The position numbers were made by a program, and so were the translations under genes. A stretch of 64,000 nucleotides of DNA, taken from the NCBI GenBank assembly GCA_963722305.1, contig CAVRKE010000002.1, positions 522,678 to 586,677 on the forward strand, written 5' to 3'. This DNA is from Candidatus Levyibacteriota bacterium. GTDB lineage: Bacteria > Patescibacteriota > Microgenomatia > Levybacterales > UBA12049. The notes below the pieces were generated by a model that worked only from the letters and a program-made list of their open reading frames with translations, had not been told where the DNA came from and ran no database searches. Positions within the stretch are counted from its first letter, which is position 1. Each line of letters starts with the position of its first letter. Positions 18,017-26,788 of this stretch are shown one piece after another.

Positions 18017-18964
18017 TCATCCAGGTATATAAGGTGTCTGCCTTTTTAAAACTGCATATACTCTATTGAGCAGTTTTCTTGATACCGCAATGGTTGCTTC
18101 TTTGTACCTCTTTCCCTCAGCTCTCTTCTTCTCGTAATACGCCTTAAGTTTCTTATCATGCCGTTGTGCAATAGAAGCTCCTGTATAGAGCATCTGTCTA
18201 AGGTAAGGAGAGCCTCTTTTAGTTAAATGGGTATTATGGTGTAATCTTCCTCCTGATTGTTTGACCTTTGGATCCAATCCCGCATAAGCAACGAGGGCTT
18301 TATCTGATTTGAACTGATTAATATCTCCGATTTCCGCAAGAAGTACCGTTGCTATTGTTTCTCCCACTCCCGGTATAGAGCAAAGCAGTTTAACAAGTTT
18401 TGAATCAACCTCTTCTTCTGCTTTCTTCCTAAATGCTTTGATTGACTGTTCTATGGTATCAATACAGACCTGCAACTCCTCAAAAGAAGCTGTATCATCC
18501 GGATCTACCTCTTGTACGTGCTGTTGTATTAGTAAAAGACGCTGTTTCATGTGTGTTAGCTTTATGGCGGTTCTCTCATGGGTTTTGGCAATGTGAAAAG
18601 TTTGGGTACTTATCAGCCTTCCTTCTCCGGCAAGAGCCAGCTTAGCAATGGTTAATGCGTCTTGAGGGTCAGTTTTTCTCTTTCGAACAGTTGCTTTGGT
18701 ATATTGCTTAGTCACAATGGGATTTAATAACCTCAATGGTATTTTAGAAGAAAGAGCCAAAAGTGCAAGTACCCTGTGGTATTCGGTAGTTGCCTCACAA
18801 GAGAGCAGCATCTTTTTGTACGGAAGAGCATTTAACCACTTATCGATACTTTCCTTGTTATTCTTAACGGTAAATGAATGCTTTATTCGTATTGATTTAT
18901 CAATTGCCACAGCAACAAGGGTGTCTTTTGAGACATCTACGCCTACAACTATCATTTTCATCAC
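18017..18964 (-). CDS. IS110-family transposase (DEDD-type)
   Basis: 315 aa. N-terminal MIVVGVDVSKDTLVAVAID is the characteristic IS110/IS116/IS902 start. C-terminal region (…LCSIPGVGETIATVLLAEIGDINQFKSDKALVAYAGLDPKVKQSGG…) matches the Transposase_20 domain. Confidence 0.7.
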   Translation of the reverse strand: MMKMIVVGVDVSKDTLVAVAIDKSIRIKHSFTVKNNKESIDKWLNALPYKKMLLSCEATTEYHRVLALLALSSKIPLRLLNPIVTKQYTKATVRKRKTDPQDALTIAKLALAGEGRLISTQTFHIAKTHERTAIKLTHMKQRLLLIQQHVQEVDPDDTASFEELQVCIDTIEQSIKAFRKKAEEEVDSKLVKLLCSIPGVGETIATVLLAEIGDINQFKSDKALVAYAGLDPKVKQSGGRLHHNTHLTKRGSPYLRQMLYTGASIAQRHDKKLKAYYEKKRAEGKRYKEATIAVSRKLLNRVYAVLKRQTPYIPG

Positions 18965-19225
18965 CTCCTTTTCTTTTAAGCCTTAAAGAAAGAAGAGAAA
19001 GAGAAGAAAGAAAAGGAGAGCTTAAAAGTCTTGCCTTAGGAAGTACTACGATATGCTTGTTGGTTATGTGTGCCTTCAAGCACAACCAGGAATAGATCGC
19101 TTTCTACTTACCGGGAAGACCAGTTGCTCTAACAGTGGGCATAGTAAAAATACTATCCCGAAACCTATTTTCGCTGGCTCTCCGTTTTCAGTATACCTTT
19201 CTCTAGGGGAATGATACAAACCTGT

Positions 19226-19819
19226 TTAATATCTACCAGTATAATCTCTTAAAGCTTCCAGCTGCCTGGTAAGTCTTCCTCCTGCAGCTGAATAAGTTTC
19301 ATCAACTAACTTTGTTAGATTATCTCCGTCTAGAGCCAGTTCTTCTGGTTTTTTCCCAAGCTCAGCAGCAAAAACCTCTCTAGCTGCTTCGCTGTAAGCT
19401 ATTGGATTTGTTAACCTAAGTTGCTCTGCAAAATCAGCTGATTCAATAATGCTTCTTTGTAGCTCTCCTAAACTTTCGGTATCATCATTAATACCCGGAG
19501 GCTGAATATTTTCTCTTTTTGCGATTTGCCTTGCGCCCTCCAGAGTAAGGCCCAATGTCGCCTTTTGCGCTTCTAATACTTTTGCATCTGTTAATTCTGC
19601 ATCAGGAACATCCACCAAGGAATGACTAAAGTCTGTTAAAACAGGACTATCTCGAAAACAGGAAAAACCACTATCTCTTCTCTCTTGATCTATTCTTGCA
19701 AGCTGTTGTCCTAATCTCGCTGCTTCAGTAAATCTTGTTCTTAACTCTGGTGGCTTAGATGCTTGTTCAGCAGCTGGTGGAGGTTTAACGGCAATTTCGG
19801 TTGCTACTGCATCTGTCAT
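19226..19819 (-). CDS. Hypothetical protein
   Basis: 197-aa ORF between the IS110 element and tRNA-Ser(GGA). No motifs recognised. Confidence 0.35.
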   Translation of the reverse strand: MTDAVATEIAVKPPPAAEQASKPPELRTRFTEAARLGQQLARIDQERRDSGFSCFRDSPVLTDFSHSLVDVPDAELTDAKVLEAQKATLGLTLEGARQIAKRENIQPPGINDDTESLGELQRSIIESADFAEQLRLTNPIAYSEAAREVFAAELGKKPEELALDGDNLTKLVDETYSAAGGRLTRQLEALRDYTGRY

Positions 19820-19869
19820 AAATAAAGAATAACATATGTGAATAAATTGTCAATTTTGAGGCTAATTTG

Positions 19870-19956
19870 CGGAGAGAGGGAGATTCGAACTCCCGGTAGT
19901 CTTACGACTACAAACGCTCTCCAAGCGTTCCGATTAAACCGCTCTCGCATCTCTCC
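19870..19956 (-). tRNA. tRNA-Ser (anticodon GGA)
   Basis: Manual fold of reverse complement: acceptor GGAGAGA/UCUCUCC; anticodon stem AACGC/GCGUU with loop UUGGAGA (anticodon GGA); long variable arm GUAGUC…GACUAC; T-arm GGGAGUUCGAAUCUCCC; discriminator G; no encoded CCA. Confidence 0.8.
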
Positions 19957-19991
19957 AGTGAGGCTATTATAATTTATTTATAGATTCTACG

Positions 19992-20420
19992 CTAGATGCT
20001 ATTAGTTAATAATTGCTTTGCTTGATTCCAGACTTTTTTGTCCGAAGCGTAAGTTAGTCTATTTTCCACTTCATCTTCTGCTAGCCACTCAACCTTTTCC
20101 ATTTCAAAATCATGTTTGTTAATATCTCCGTCTACGAATTCCATTAAGAAATAATAGACGGTTTTTTTGATTTTTTCGCCCTCAAATTGATACCAATATT
20201 CAACCGGCGTTAGCGGCTTAATAATTTTACCTTTCGCTCCGGTTTCTTCTTCCACTTCTCTTAGGGCCGTCTCTTCTTTTTTCTCATCCTTAATATGGTC
20301 GCCGATTAAACCTTTGGGGAAAACCCAGCCGTGATGCTGCGAATGCTGGGAAACCAGAATTAAATTTTGCCCATTTTCTTTCTTAACGACAATTCCACCG
20401 GCGGAAAATTCAAGCTTCAT
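19992..20420 (-). CDS. NUDIX hydrolase
   Basis: Perfect Nudix box GDHIKDEKKEETALREVEEETG (Gx5Ex7REVxEExG). Confidence 0.7.
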   Translation of the reverse strand: MKLEFSAGGIVVKKENGQNLILVSQHSQHHGWVFPKGLIGDHIKDEKKEETALREVEEETGAKGKIIKPLTPVEYWYQFEGEKIKKTVYYFLMEFVDGDINKHDFEMEKVEWLAEDEVENRLTYASDKKVWNQAKQLLTNSI

Positions 20421-20430
20421 ACTTCATTCT

Positions 20431-21204
20431 TCAGGCCTCGACCCTTGAGAAAAGGTAGCTCCCAAGAGCGAGGATTAGCGAAGAAATTATAACAAGTACC
20501 GCAAAATCTGTCACCAGTCCAAAATGTGTCACGCCGGTCAGACTGCCCCTGACTGCGTCAACGCCATAAGCCAGCGGATCAAAAGAGGAAATAATGGAAA
20601 GAAAGCTGACTACTCCGGCCAGGGGGAAAAGCGCGCCGGATAAAAAGAAAGTCGGTTGGACGACAAAATTCATAATTAACTGAAAGCCCTGCATGTCCTG
20701 CAAAACCGAAGCAATCGAAATCCCCAAAGCAGTAAAGAACAGCGCGACTAGAAACATCGCAATTAAAGCCACGGGAATCATCAGAAGATGTTCTACTTTA
20801 AAGCCGATCAGCATTGATAAAATTAAGACAAAAATTCCTTGAATAAGCGCGACAGTTGCTCCGCCCAGGGTTTTGCCAAGCATAATTTCAAAGCGCGTAA
20901 TCGGCGCGACCAAAGTTTCCTTTAAAAAGCCAAATTGGCGGTCCCAAATAACCTGAATACCGGCAAACACACCGGTAAACAGAATGCCCATACAAACCAC
21001 CCCCGGTCCTAAAAACTGGAAATAATTTCCCTGTCCGGCGCGTTGGAAAACCGGGCCCAAACCAAAGCCCAAAGCCACTAAAAATAATAATGGTTGTCCC
21101 AAAGAGCCGACCAGTCTCGCCCGAGAGCGAAAATACCTGATTAATTCCCTTTTCCAAAGAATATAAACTGCACTCATCTTATCTATTCCTCCATCGAAAA
21201 GCAT
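20431..21204 (-). CDS. ABC-2 type exporter permease
   Basis: 257 aa with six predicted TM helices. Immediately downstream of, and overlapping, the ABC ATPase gene. Confidence 0.6.
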   Translation of the reverse strand: MLFDGGIDKMSAVYILWKRELIRYFRSRARLVGSLGQPLLFLVALGFGLGPVFQRAGQGNYFQFLGPGVVCMGILFTGVFAGIQVIWDRQFGFLKETLVAPITRFEIMLGKTLGGATVALIQGIFVLILSMLIGFKVEHLLMIPVALIAMFLVALFFTALGISIASVLQDMQGFQLIMNFVVQPTFFLSGALFPLAGVVSFLSIISSFDPLAYGVDAVRGSLTGVTHFGLVTDFAVLVIISSLILALGSYLFSRVEA

Positions 21205-21976
21205 GCGCTCTTAGCTTATCTGTTCCGCTAGCTTCTTCATCACGGATCGCTGTTCCGGTAAATTTCAAAAAGGCTTCTTCCAGAGTTTTGGTCTGGGTCT
21301 GTTCCATCAGTTTCGCGGCTGTTCCGGTCTCAATTATTTTTCCGTGATCCATAATCGCAATTCGCTGGGCGATTTGTTGTGCTTCTTCCATGTAATGGGT
21401 GGTGAAAAAAACGGTGATTTGTGTTTCTTTATTTAAATCTTTTAGATACTCCCAAATTTTATTCCGGGTTTGCGGGTCCAAGCCCTGGGTCGGCTCGTCC
21501 AAAAATAAAATTTCCGGTTTATGCAGTAGGCCGCGGGCAATTTCCAGTCTTCTTTTCATGCCGCCGGAAAAAGTTTTGACCAACTCGTTCTTTCGGTCCC
21601 ACAACTCAACAAATTTCAAGAATTTTTCCAAGCGTTCTTTGAGCTCATGGCGGGGGACTTTGTAGAGAACGGCGTGAAATTCCATATTCTCCATGGCGGT
21701 TAATTCATCATCTAAACTTGGGTCCTGAAAAACAATGCCGAAAGTTTTGCGGGCTTTTTCGGGATGGGTAATGGCATCAACACCGTTTAATTTGATACTT
21801 CCGCTGGTGGGTCTTAAAAGGGTTGTCAACATTTTGATGGTAGTGGTTTTGCCGGCGCCGTTTGGCCCTAAAAAAGCAAAAATTTCGCCTTTGGGAACGT
21901 TGAATGAGACATTGTTCACGGCGGTAAAATTGCCGAAGGTTTTAGTTAGATTTTGCGCGTTAATGATATCGTCCAT
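21179..21976 (-). CDS. ABC transporter ATP-binding protein
   Basis: Walker A GPNGAGKTT, signature LSGGMKRRLEIA, Walker B ILFLDEPT, H-loop. Confidence 0.8.
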   Translation of the reverse strand: MDDIINAQNLTKTFGNFTAVNNVSFNVPKGEIFAFLGPNGAGKTTTIKMLTTLLRPTSGSIKLNGVDAITHPEKARKTFGIVFQDPSLDDELTAMENMEFHAVLYKVPRHELKERLEKFLKFVELWDRKNELVKTFSGGMKRRLEIARGLLHKPEILFLDEPTQGLDPQTRNKIWEYLKDLNKETQITVFFTTHYMEEAQQIAQRIAIMDHGKIIETGTAAKLMEQTQTKTLEEAFLKFTGTAIRDEEASGTDKLRAHAFRWRNR

Positions 21977-22052
21977 TGTTTTATTATCTCAGAGATTTAA
22001 AAAATTTAAAAGAGTTTAGATAAGAGGGTCTAATAATAGACTGAGGAAAAGC

Positions 22053-23171
22053 TTAGAAAGTGGTTGTTAGTGGACTACCCAGCCCCGTCACATAATCATA
22101 ATGCTTGCGCGCCTGACAGTAATAGCCACAATCGCCGTTACTGCCACTTCGAATATCGCGGAAATAACTGGCATTGTTGTTTGATGCCTTGTCGGTATAA
22201 AATTTAGCATTGTCTGCCGACAGCCCCAAGGATTTAATAGCCGCCCACTGCGGCGCTCCGGCGCTGGTGCCGCCAACGACATACCAGCCTTTTTTGGATT
22301 TGCCGGTGGTTTTATAAATAGAAAAACCGGACTCCGGCGCGGCATTATAGGCAACATCGGGAATTGCCCGGTGGCCTTGCGCTTTAGCAATGGCGTAATC
22401 AACTTGTTGTTGTGGCTCGGGTTCATAAGCGCTGACGCCCCCGCCACTGCCAGCCCAGGCAGTTTCGGAAGAAACTTGGCCGGATGAAGTAAAAGTTAAT
22501 TTGGTTCCGCCAACTGCCACCACGTTTGGTGAAGCCGCCGGCCAGCTGGCACCGCTGCCGTTATCGCCCGAAGAAGCAAAAAAAGTGATTCTTCCCGATG
22601 GGTCAACAAAGTGGCTATCCAGCGTTACTTCATCGGAAAATTCCGCACCACCCCAACTCATGGAAATTGCCACCACACCGGCTTGTTTACGGGCATAATC
22701 AATGGCGTCAAGCAAATTTTTACCACTCGGCGTTTTGGCTTCTACCAAGAGAATTTTAGCCTCCGGGGCAATGGCGTGTGACCATTCCACATCCAGCGAT
22801 GTTTCCATCGCCCAGCCGGAGTTGCTACTGGTACCCATGGCGTGTTTGCTAAAACAGCCGTTAGCAGTGGTGCAAGGCGGTAAATTAAATTGCTGGCTAA
22901 AAATATTTAAATCTTTTTCAATCGTCTTATCGTCATAAGCTCCGACAATGGCAATTACACCGTTTCCGCCGCTTGAGGGTAAGTTGTAAGCGTGTTTGAT
23001 TTGCTCGGGTGATAATCCAGCCGGGTTTTTGCTGGCACCACCGAATTGATGGATTGGCGGGCGGCCTTTAAAATTAGCAAAACGGTAAGCAGCTTGAACT
23101 TGCGAAGACAGCAGAAGATAGCTGAAAAAGATGATGGACAAAATTATCGGGCAAAATAATCTGTGTCGCAT
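22053..23171 (-). CDS. Secreted serine peptidase, sedolisin (S53)/subtilase-like
   Basis: Signal peptide, then motif SMSWGGAE and catalytic-Ser motif VVGGTSAGAPQWAAI, which resembles the S53 GGTSxxAPxWA pattern. Confidence 0.5.
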   Translation of the reverse strand: MRHRLFCPIILSIIFFSYLLLSSQVQAAYRFANFKGRPPIHQFGGASKNPAGLSPEQIKHAYNLPSSGGNGVIAIVGAYDDKTIEKDLNIFSQQFNLPPCTTANGCFSKHAMGTSSNSGWAMETSLDVEWSHAIAPEAKILLVEAKTPSGKNLLDAIDYARKQAGVVAISMSWGGAEFSDEVTLDSHFVDPSGRITFFASSGDNGSGASWPAASPNVVAVGGTKLTFTSSGQVSSETAWAGSGGGVSAYEPEPQQQVDYAIAKAQGHRAIPDVAYNAAPESGFSIYKTTGKSKKGWYVVGGTSAGAPQWAAIKSLGLSADNAKFYTDKASNNNASYFRDIRSGSNGDCGYYCQARKHYDYVTGLGSPLTTTF

Positions 23172-23303
23172 GTTTAATTGTTAATTAAGACAATTTTATT
23201 GTAGCAAATTTTTTAAAAAATGTTAAGGGGGCAGGACGAAATAAATTTACTCTGTAAATTTAAACGTCCCAGCAACGTTTGCCGATTTATCGGCATTATG
23301 TTG

Positions 23304-23386
23304 CGGAGGGTACAGGATTCGAACCTGTGCGAACTTTCGCTCACTGGTTTTCGAAACCAGCGCCTTAAACCACTCGGCCAACCCTC
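23304..23386 (-). tRNA. tRNA-Ser (anticodon CGA)
   Basis: Reverse complement GGAGGGU…; anticodon stem CUGGU/ACCAG with loop UUCGAAA (anticodon CGA); long variable arm GAGCGAAAGUUCGC; T-arm CAGGUUCGAAUCCUG; discriminator G. Confidence 0.8.
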
Positions 23387-23443
23387 CTTTGCAGCCATGC
23401 TTATTTTAACACAAAATACAGCTCACTTCAGTTCGCAGAGTGT

Positions 23444-24601
23444 TTAAATGGTTTTTATCCGAAAAGTTGTGGGTAAAGATTGCTTCTGATATTTTGCGCT
23501 TATTCCATAACAGAAATAGATGCCCGGTGTTGCTTTCCATGTTTTGTCCGTTATTATTTTAACCATTTTGCTGTCAATATCAAAACTAAGCCTAGTAAAT
23601 CCGACTTCTTTTAAGAAACCAAGCATGGGATTTAAGTAAAAAGGAAAGTACCACAGATTGTTTCCCGTGTTTTTGTAAGCCTGCTCAAGCGTTTCGAAAT
23701 CCCGCAAAATACTGTTTAAAATTCTTGGTGTACCTAAATGATAGGCGCCGTTAAGTGGAGGTAAGGGTTTTACCTCGTCAATAATCAACAGCTCTGATGC
23801 GTTGCTCATTTTTTTTACATAATCAATAATGGCCAAAAATCCGTTTATCGGCAGATAGGCTCTTTGTTTACTCTGTAAAGCCCAAGAGGAAAAATCAAAT
23901 GAATAATATCCGGTTGTAAAAATCCCGTTTTGGAAAATAATCCCTCTTCTTTTGAGGTCGTTTGCGGACAAAACAATCTCTGCCAATATTCCGTTTTCGA
24001 TTTTTATTCCCAGCATGGCATCTGCAAGATTCTTCCGCGAGGTTGTGTTTACAACCACTTCGTTTGGCATACTATCCAGACTGAAAGGGAAAATTGTCAG
24101 ACTTTTCTGCGGTTTTAATTGGCGAACTGATTCTAAGAGGAAAAAGTTTTTCGGTTGGTTTTTCCCAATTTTATTCCATAAAGATTGGTTTATCTCAATG
24201 CCCGCCCACTTAAGAACCAAATTCATTTTATTAGCCAGTTTTAAGCTTTCTTTTCCTAACGCTCCGTCACCTGTTCCCACCTCAACAACCGAATTTAGGG
24301 AATATTTCTGACAAAGCTTAATAATCGCCTCCGGCCAGACTTTGGAGACATTTGTTTTGCCAAAATCGCTGTGGGTTTTGTAATAGCCGTTTTCGCCAAA
24401 CATCTCCTGGGCAATAAACTCTCCAAAAGTTAAGCTGCCACCCCTTTGTTGGCAAAGGTTTTCTAAGTCTTTTGTCAGTTTTGTGTTTGGCAACTGCACT
24501 TTCTGCCAGCCGAAGTTTTTTGCCTCCCAAGTTTTTAGATTCCTGGTGGGAGTAAATATTCTGGCCGACAAAAATTTAAAATAGTCTTTTAGTACGCGCA
24601 T
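23444..24601 (-). CDS. Class I SAM-dependent methyltransferase-like protein (MidA/DUF185-like)
   Basis: 385 aa. Glycine-rich SAM-binding motif VVEVGTGDGALG in the N-terminal third. Length and layout resemble MidA-family proteins. Tentative. Confidence 0.4.
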   Translation of the reverse strand: MRVLKDYFKFLSARIFTPTRNLKTWEAKNFGWQKVQLPNTKLTKDLENLCQQRGGSLTFGEFIAQEMFGENGYYKTHSDFGKTNVSKVWPEAIIKLCQKYSLNSVVEVGTGDGALGKESLKLANKMNLVLKWAGIEINQSLWNKIGKNQPKNFFLLESVRQLKPQKSLTIFPFSLDSMPNEVVVNTTSRKNLADAMLGIKIENGILAEIVLSANDLKRRGIIFQNGIFTTGYYSFDFSSWALQSKQRAYLPINGFLAIIDYVKKMSNASELLIIDEVKPLPPLNGAYHLGTPRILNSILRDFETLEQAYKNTGNNLWYFPFYLNPMLGFLKEVGFTRLSFDIDSKMVKIITDKTWKATPGIYFCYGISAKYQKQSLPTTFRIKTI

Positions 24602-24618
24602 CTTGCAGGAAGAAGCTG

Positions 24619-24691
24619 CGTCCTCGGGGAGAGTCGAACTCCCAACCTAAGCGTCCGCAACGCTTCACTCTATCCATTGAGCTACGAGGAC
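24619..24691 (-). tRNA. tRNA-Arg (anticodon GCG as read; unusual)
   Basis: Reverse complement GUCCUCGUAGCUCAAUGGAUAGAGUGAAGCGUUGCGGACGCUUAGGUUGGGAGUUCGACUCUCCCCGAGGACG. Anticodon stem AAGCG/CGCUU with loop UUGCGGA gives anticodon GCG. Short variable loop. Discriminator G. Confidence 0.65.
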
Positions 24692-24828
24692 TCGTCAAAA
24701 CTGGATTTTGCGCCTTCATCCTCATTTCTTCGGATTCCGGCTGTCAATCGGTTTCTCCTCTTACATTGCCATGCAATTCTAGAAGTAAGATAGAGCTATT
24801 ATAACATTACAAAGGCTTGGAGCGAAAA

Positions 24829-25350
24829 TTATTTATTTTCCAGAGGGAAGTTTTTAGCCAGCCAGTTACCGGATTTTTCCATAAAGGTTGGTTTGATGTA
24901 TTCCCGAAAAGGTAAATAAGGCAGTAGGGCTGCTTTAACTTTTTCCTTATCCATGCTGCCTAAGGTAATGATTAATTCTCCCGGGAGATAGCTTTGGGTC
25001 CGGATGTGAATAGTGTCTGTGCCTTCATCTTTAAAGTAAAAATCATAGAGCTCTTTCCAAAGAAAAAAGGCATCCTCAACCATGACACCTTCGGAGCTAA
25101 TCCGGTAATGGAAATCTTTGGGTGGAATAGCCGCCAGGGCGAATCCGACAAAAACCAGAGAAAGAACAACGACCATTAACATATATTGCGAAAATAAAAA
25201 TAAAATTACTTCTACGAGGAGCATCACCAATAAGGCTGTCAGATAAAATTGCCTAGTCCTTTTTTTAAACGGTCTGCCTGGAGCAGTCCATTCAATCGGC
25301 GTGAATTCGGTTTGTTTCCCTTCCGTTTCTTTGTTAACTTCCTCGGGCAT
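24829..25350 (-). CDS. Hypothetical membrane protein (two N-terminal TM helices)
   Basis: 173 aa. A hydrophobic hairpin (…YLTALLVMLLVEVILFLFSQYMLMVVVLSLVFVGFALAAI…) is followed by a soluble domain. Confidence 0.4.
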   Translation of the reverse strand: MPEEVNKETEGKQTEFTPIEWTAPGRPFKKRTRQFYLTALLVMLLVEVILFLFSQYMLMVVVLSLVFVGFALAAIPPKDFHYRISSEGVMVEDAFFLWKELYDFYFKDEGTDTIHIRTQSYLPGELIITLGSMDKEKVKAALLPYLPFREYIKPTFMEKSGNWLAKNFPLENK

Positions 25351-25463
25351 AATTCTACTTTAGACGAATAATCGTTTTAAGTCAAGAAAAGGTTGTTTGA
25401 CTGAGGCTGTTCTGATATACTTTAATTCGCGGAGAGGTCGTCCCACAAGGGGACTACTCTCAA

Positions 25464-25550
25464 GGAGAGGTCGCATAGTGGACTAGTGCGGTGCTCTTGA
25501 AAAGCACTGAGGTTGCAAGACTTCCGTGGGTTCGAATCCCACCCTCTCCG
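25464..25550 (+). tRNA. tRNA-Ser (anticodon UGA)
   Basis: GGAGAGG acceptor; D-arm GUCGCAUAGUGGACUAGUGCGG; anticodon stem GUGCU/AGCAC with loop CUUGAAA (anticodon UGA); long variable arm; T-arm GUGGGUUCGAAUCCCAC; discriminator G. The ORF-track start at 25526 lies inside this tRNA. Confidence 0.8.
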
Positions 25551-25552
25551 CA

Positions 25553-26788
25553 ATGAAAGTTTACTTTAAGAGCTTCTATTTATTTTTATTCTTTTCGATA
25601 GCCTATCTGATACTTGGAATAAGCATTACAAACACTGTAAACGCAAAAGAAATTTTCAAACTTGACTTTCGTTCTTTTTATACCTCAGCATTAATGATTC
25701 AGCACGGGATATCAGAAAATTTTTATAATTTTAATACACAGTTCTATTTTCAAAAATCTATTTTTAATCTTCCTAACAGTCAGTTCTTGATGCCGTTTCT
25801 TAATCCTCCCTATGTTGCTGCAATTTATTACCCGTTTATTTTTTTATCTTTAAAAAATGCTTATTTCGTATTTTCAATATTAAATATTTTTATATCTCTA
25901 ATTTCTTTCTACACCTTACTCAGTGAGCTATATAAGAAGGAAAGTAACTTATCAAAATACTCTTTAAGTTTATTGTTTTTGCTTCTTTTTTTCCCTGTTT
26001 GGGTAACTATAGTGCAGACCCAGGTTTCATTTTTTCTTTTATTAAGTTTAGTCGGAAGCTGGTATTTTTTAAAACATAAAAAGACGATTGCTTCAGGGAT
26101 TTGTTTGTCCTTACTTTTTATTAAGCCGCACCTTGTGATATTGCCTTTGTTTTTTCTCATAGTAAAAAAACAGTGGGAAGTTATATTTGGCTGTTTTATT
26201 GCAGGACTTATGTTATCAATAATCTCGTTTTTAATAGTTGGCTATTCGGGATTAATAAATTATTTACAAGTTTTGGTTAAAATGTTGTTCGTGGGAAGTA
26301 GTTTTGCGATTCACCCACAACTAGAGCCAACTCTAAGAGGATTTTTACAATATATTTTTCAAACTAGTGAGATATTAAAAATTTATATTCCCCTTGCCAC
26401 AGGGATATTAATCATCATCTCTTTTCTATTATTTTTTACTAAGGGTAGGCTTAATTCAAACTCGAGAACATTCGATTATCAATGGGGCTTGTTAATTGTT
26501 TCAGTAATACTTACAAGCCTACACACAAATTATCATGATTTAGTATTGCTTCTCTTTCCGATATTGCTTATTCTGAAATCGATTACAAAAGTACAGTTGG
26601 TCTACCTTTTTGTTACCGCGATAGACTTTATATTTTTAGCCTTTGCGTTTACACCGTTTCTTCTTTTTCCTATTATCGCAATTATATTTCTAATATTAAT
26701 GTATATAACCAAAGCTCAAAATCTACCCGATAGCCCTCGAAACATCAGCCTAGCCAGTACCAATTTACAAAAAATAAGGAAAAAATAA
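25553..26788 (+). CDS. Polytopic integral membrane protein (possible GT-C/DUF2029-like glycosyltransferase)
   Basis: About 411 aa from the first ATG after the tRNA (MKVYFKSFYLFLFF…). At least 10 hydrophobic helices. Function inferred only from general architecture. Confidence 0.4.
   Translation: MKVYFKSFYLFLFFSIAYLILGISITNTVNAKEIFKLDFRSFYTSALMIQHGISENFYNFNTQFYFQKSIFNLPNSQFLMPFLNPPYVAAIYYPFIFLSLKNAYFVFSILNIFISLISFYTLLSELYKKESNLSKYSLSLLFLLLFFPVWVTIVQTQVSFFLLLSLVGSWYFLKHKKTIASGICLSLLFIKPHLVILPLFFLIVKKQWEVIFGCFIAGLMLSIISFLIVGYSGLINYLQVLVKMLFVGSSFAIHPQLEPTLRGFLQYIFQTSEILKIYIPLATGILIIISFLLFFTKGRLNSNSRTFDYQWGLLIVSVILTSLHTNYHDLVLLLFPILLILKSITKVQLVYLFVTAIDFIFLAFAFTPFLLFPIIAIIFLILMYITKAQNLPDSPRNISLASTNLQKIRKK

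Larger units (their letters stand above)
17870..19200 (-). mobile_element. IS110-family insertion sequence (approximate limits; family lacks terminal IRs)
   Basis: The transposase gene is flanked by non-coding sequence, including an AG-rich tract at 18965–19030 and the hairpin at 17963–17997. Boundaries are not determinable from the sequence alone. Confidence 0.35.

Noticed and set aside
25526-25552. ORF-track start codon for the membrane protein lying inside tRNA-Ser(UGA)
   Set aside because: The 5' 27 nt are part of the tRNA. The next in-frame ATG at 25553 is the plausible start.
26745-26788. 44-bp 3'–3' overlap between convergent membrane-protein genes
   Set aside because: Could be genuine or a mis-called stop. 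Not enough evidence to make a claim.
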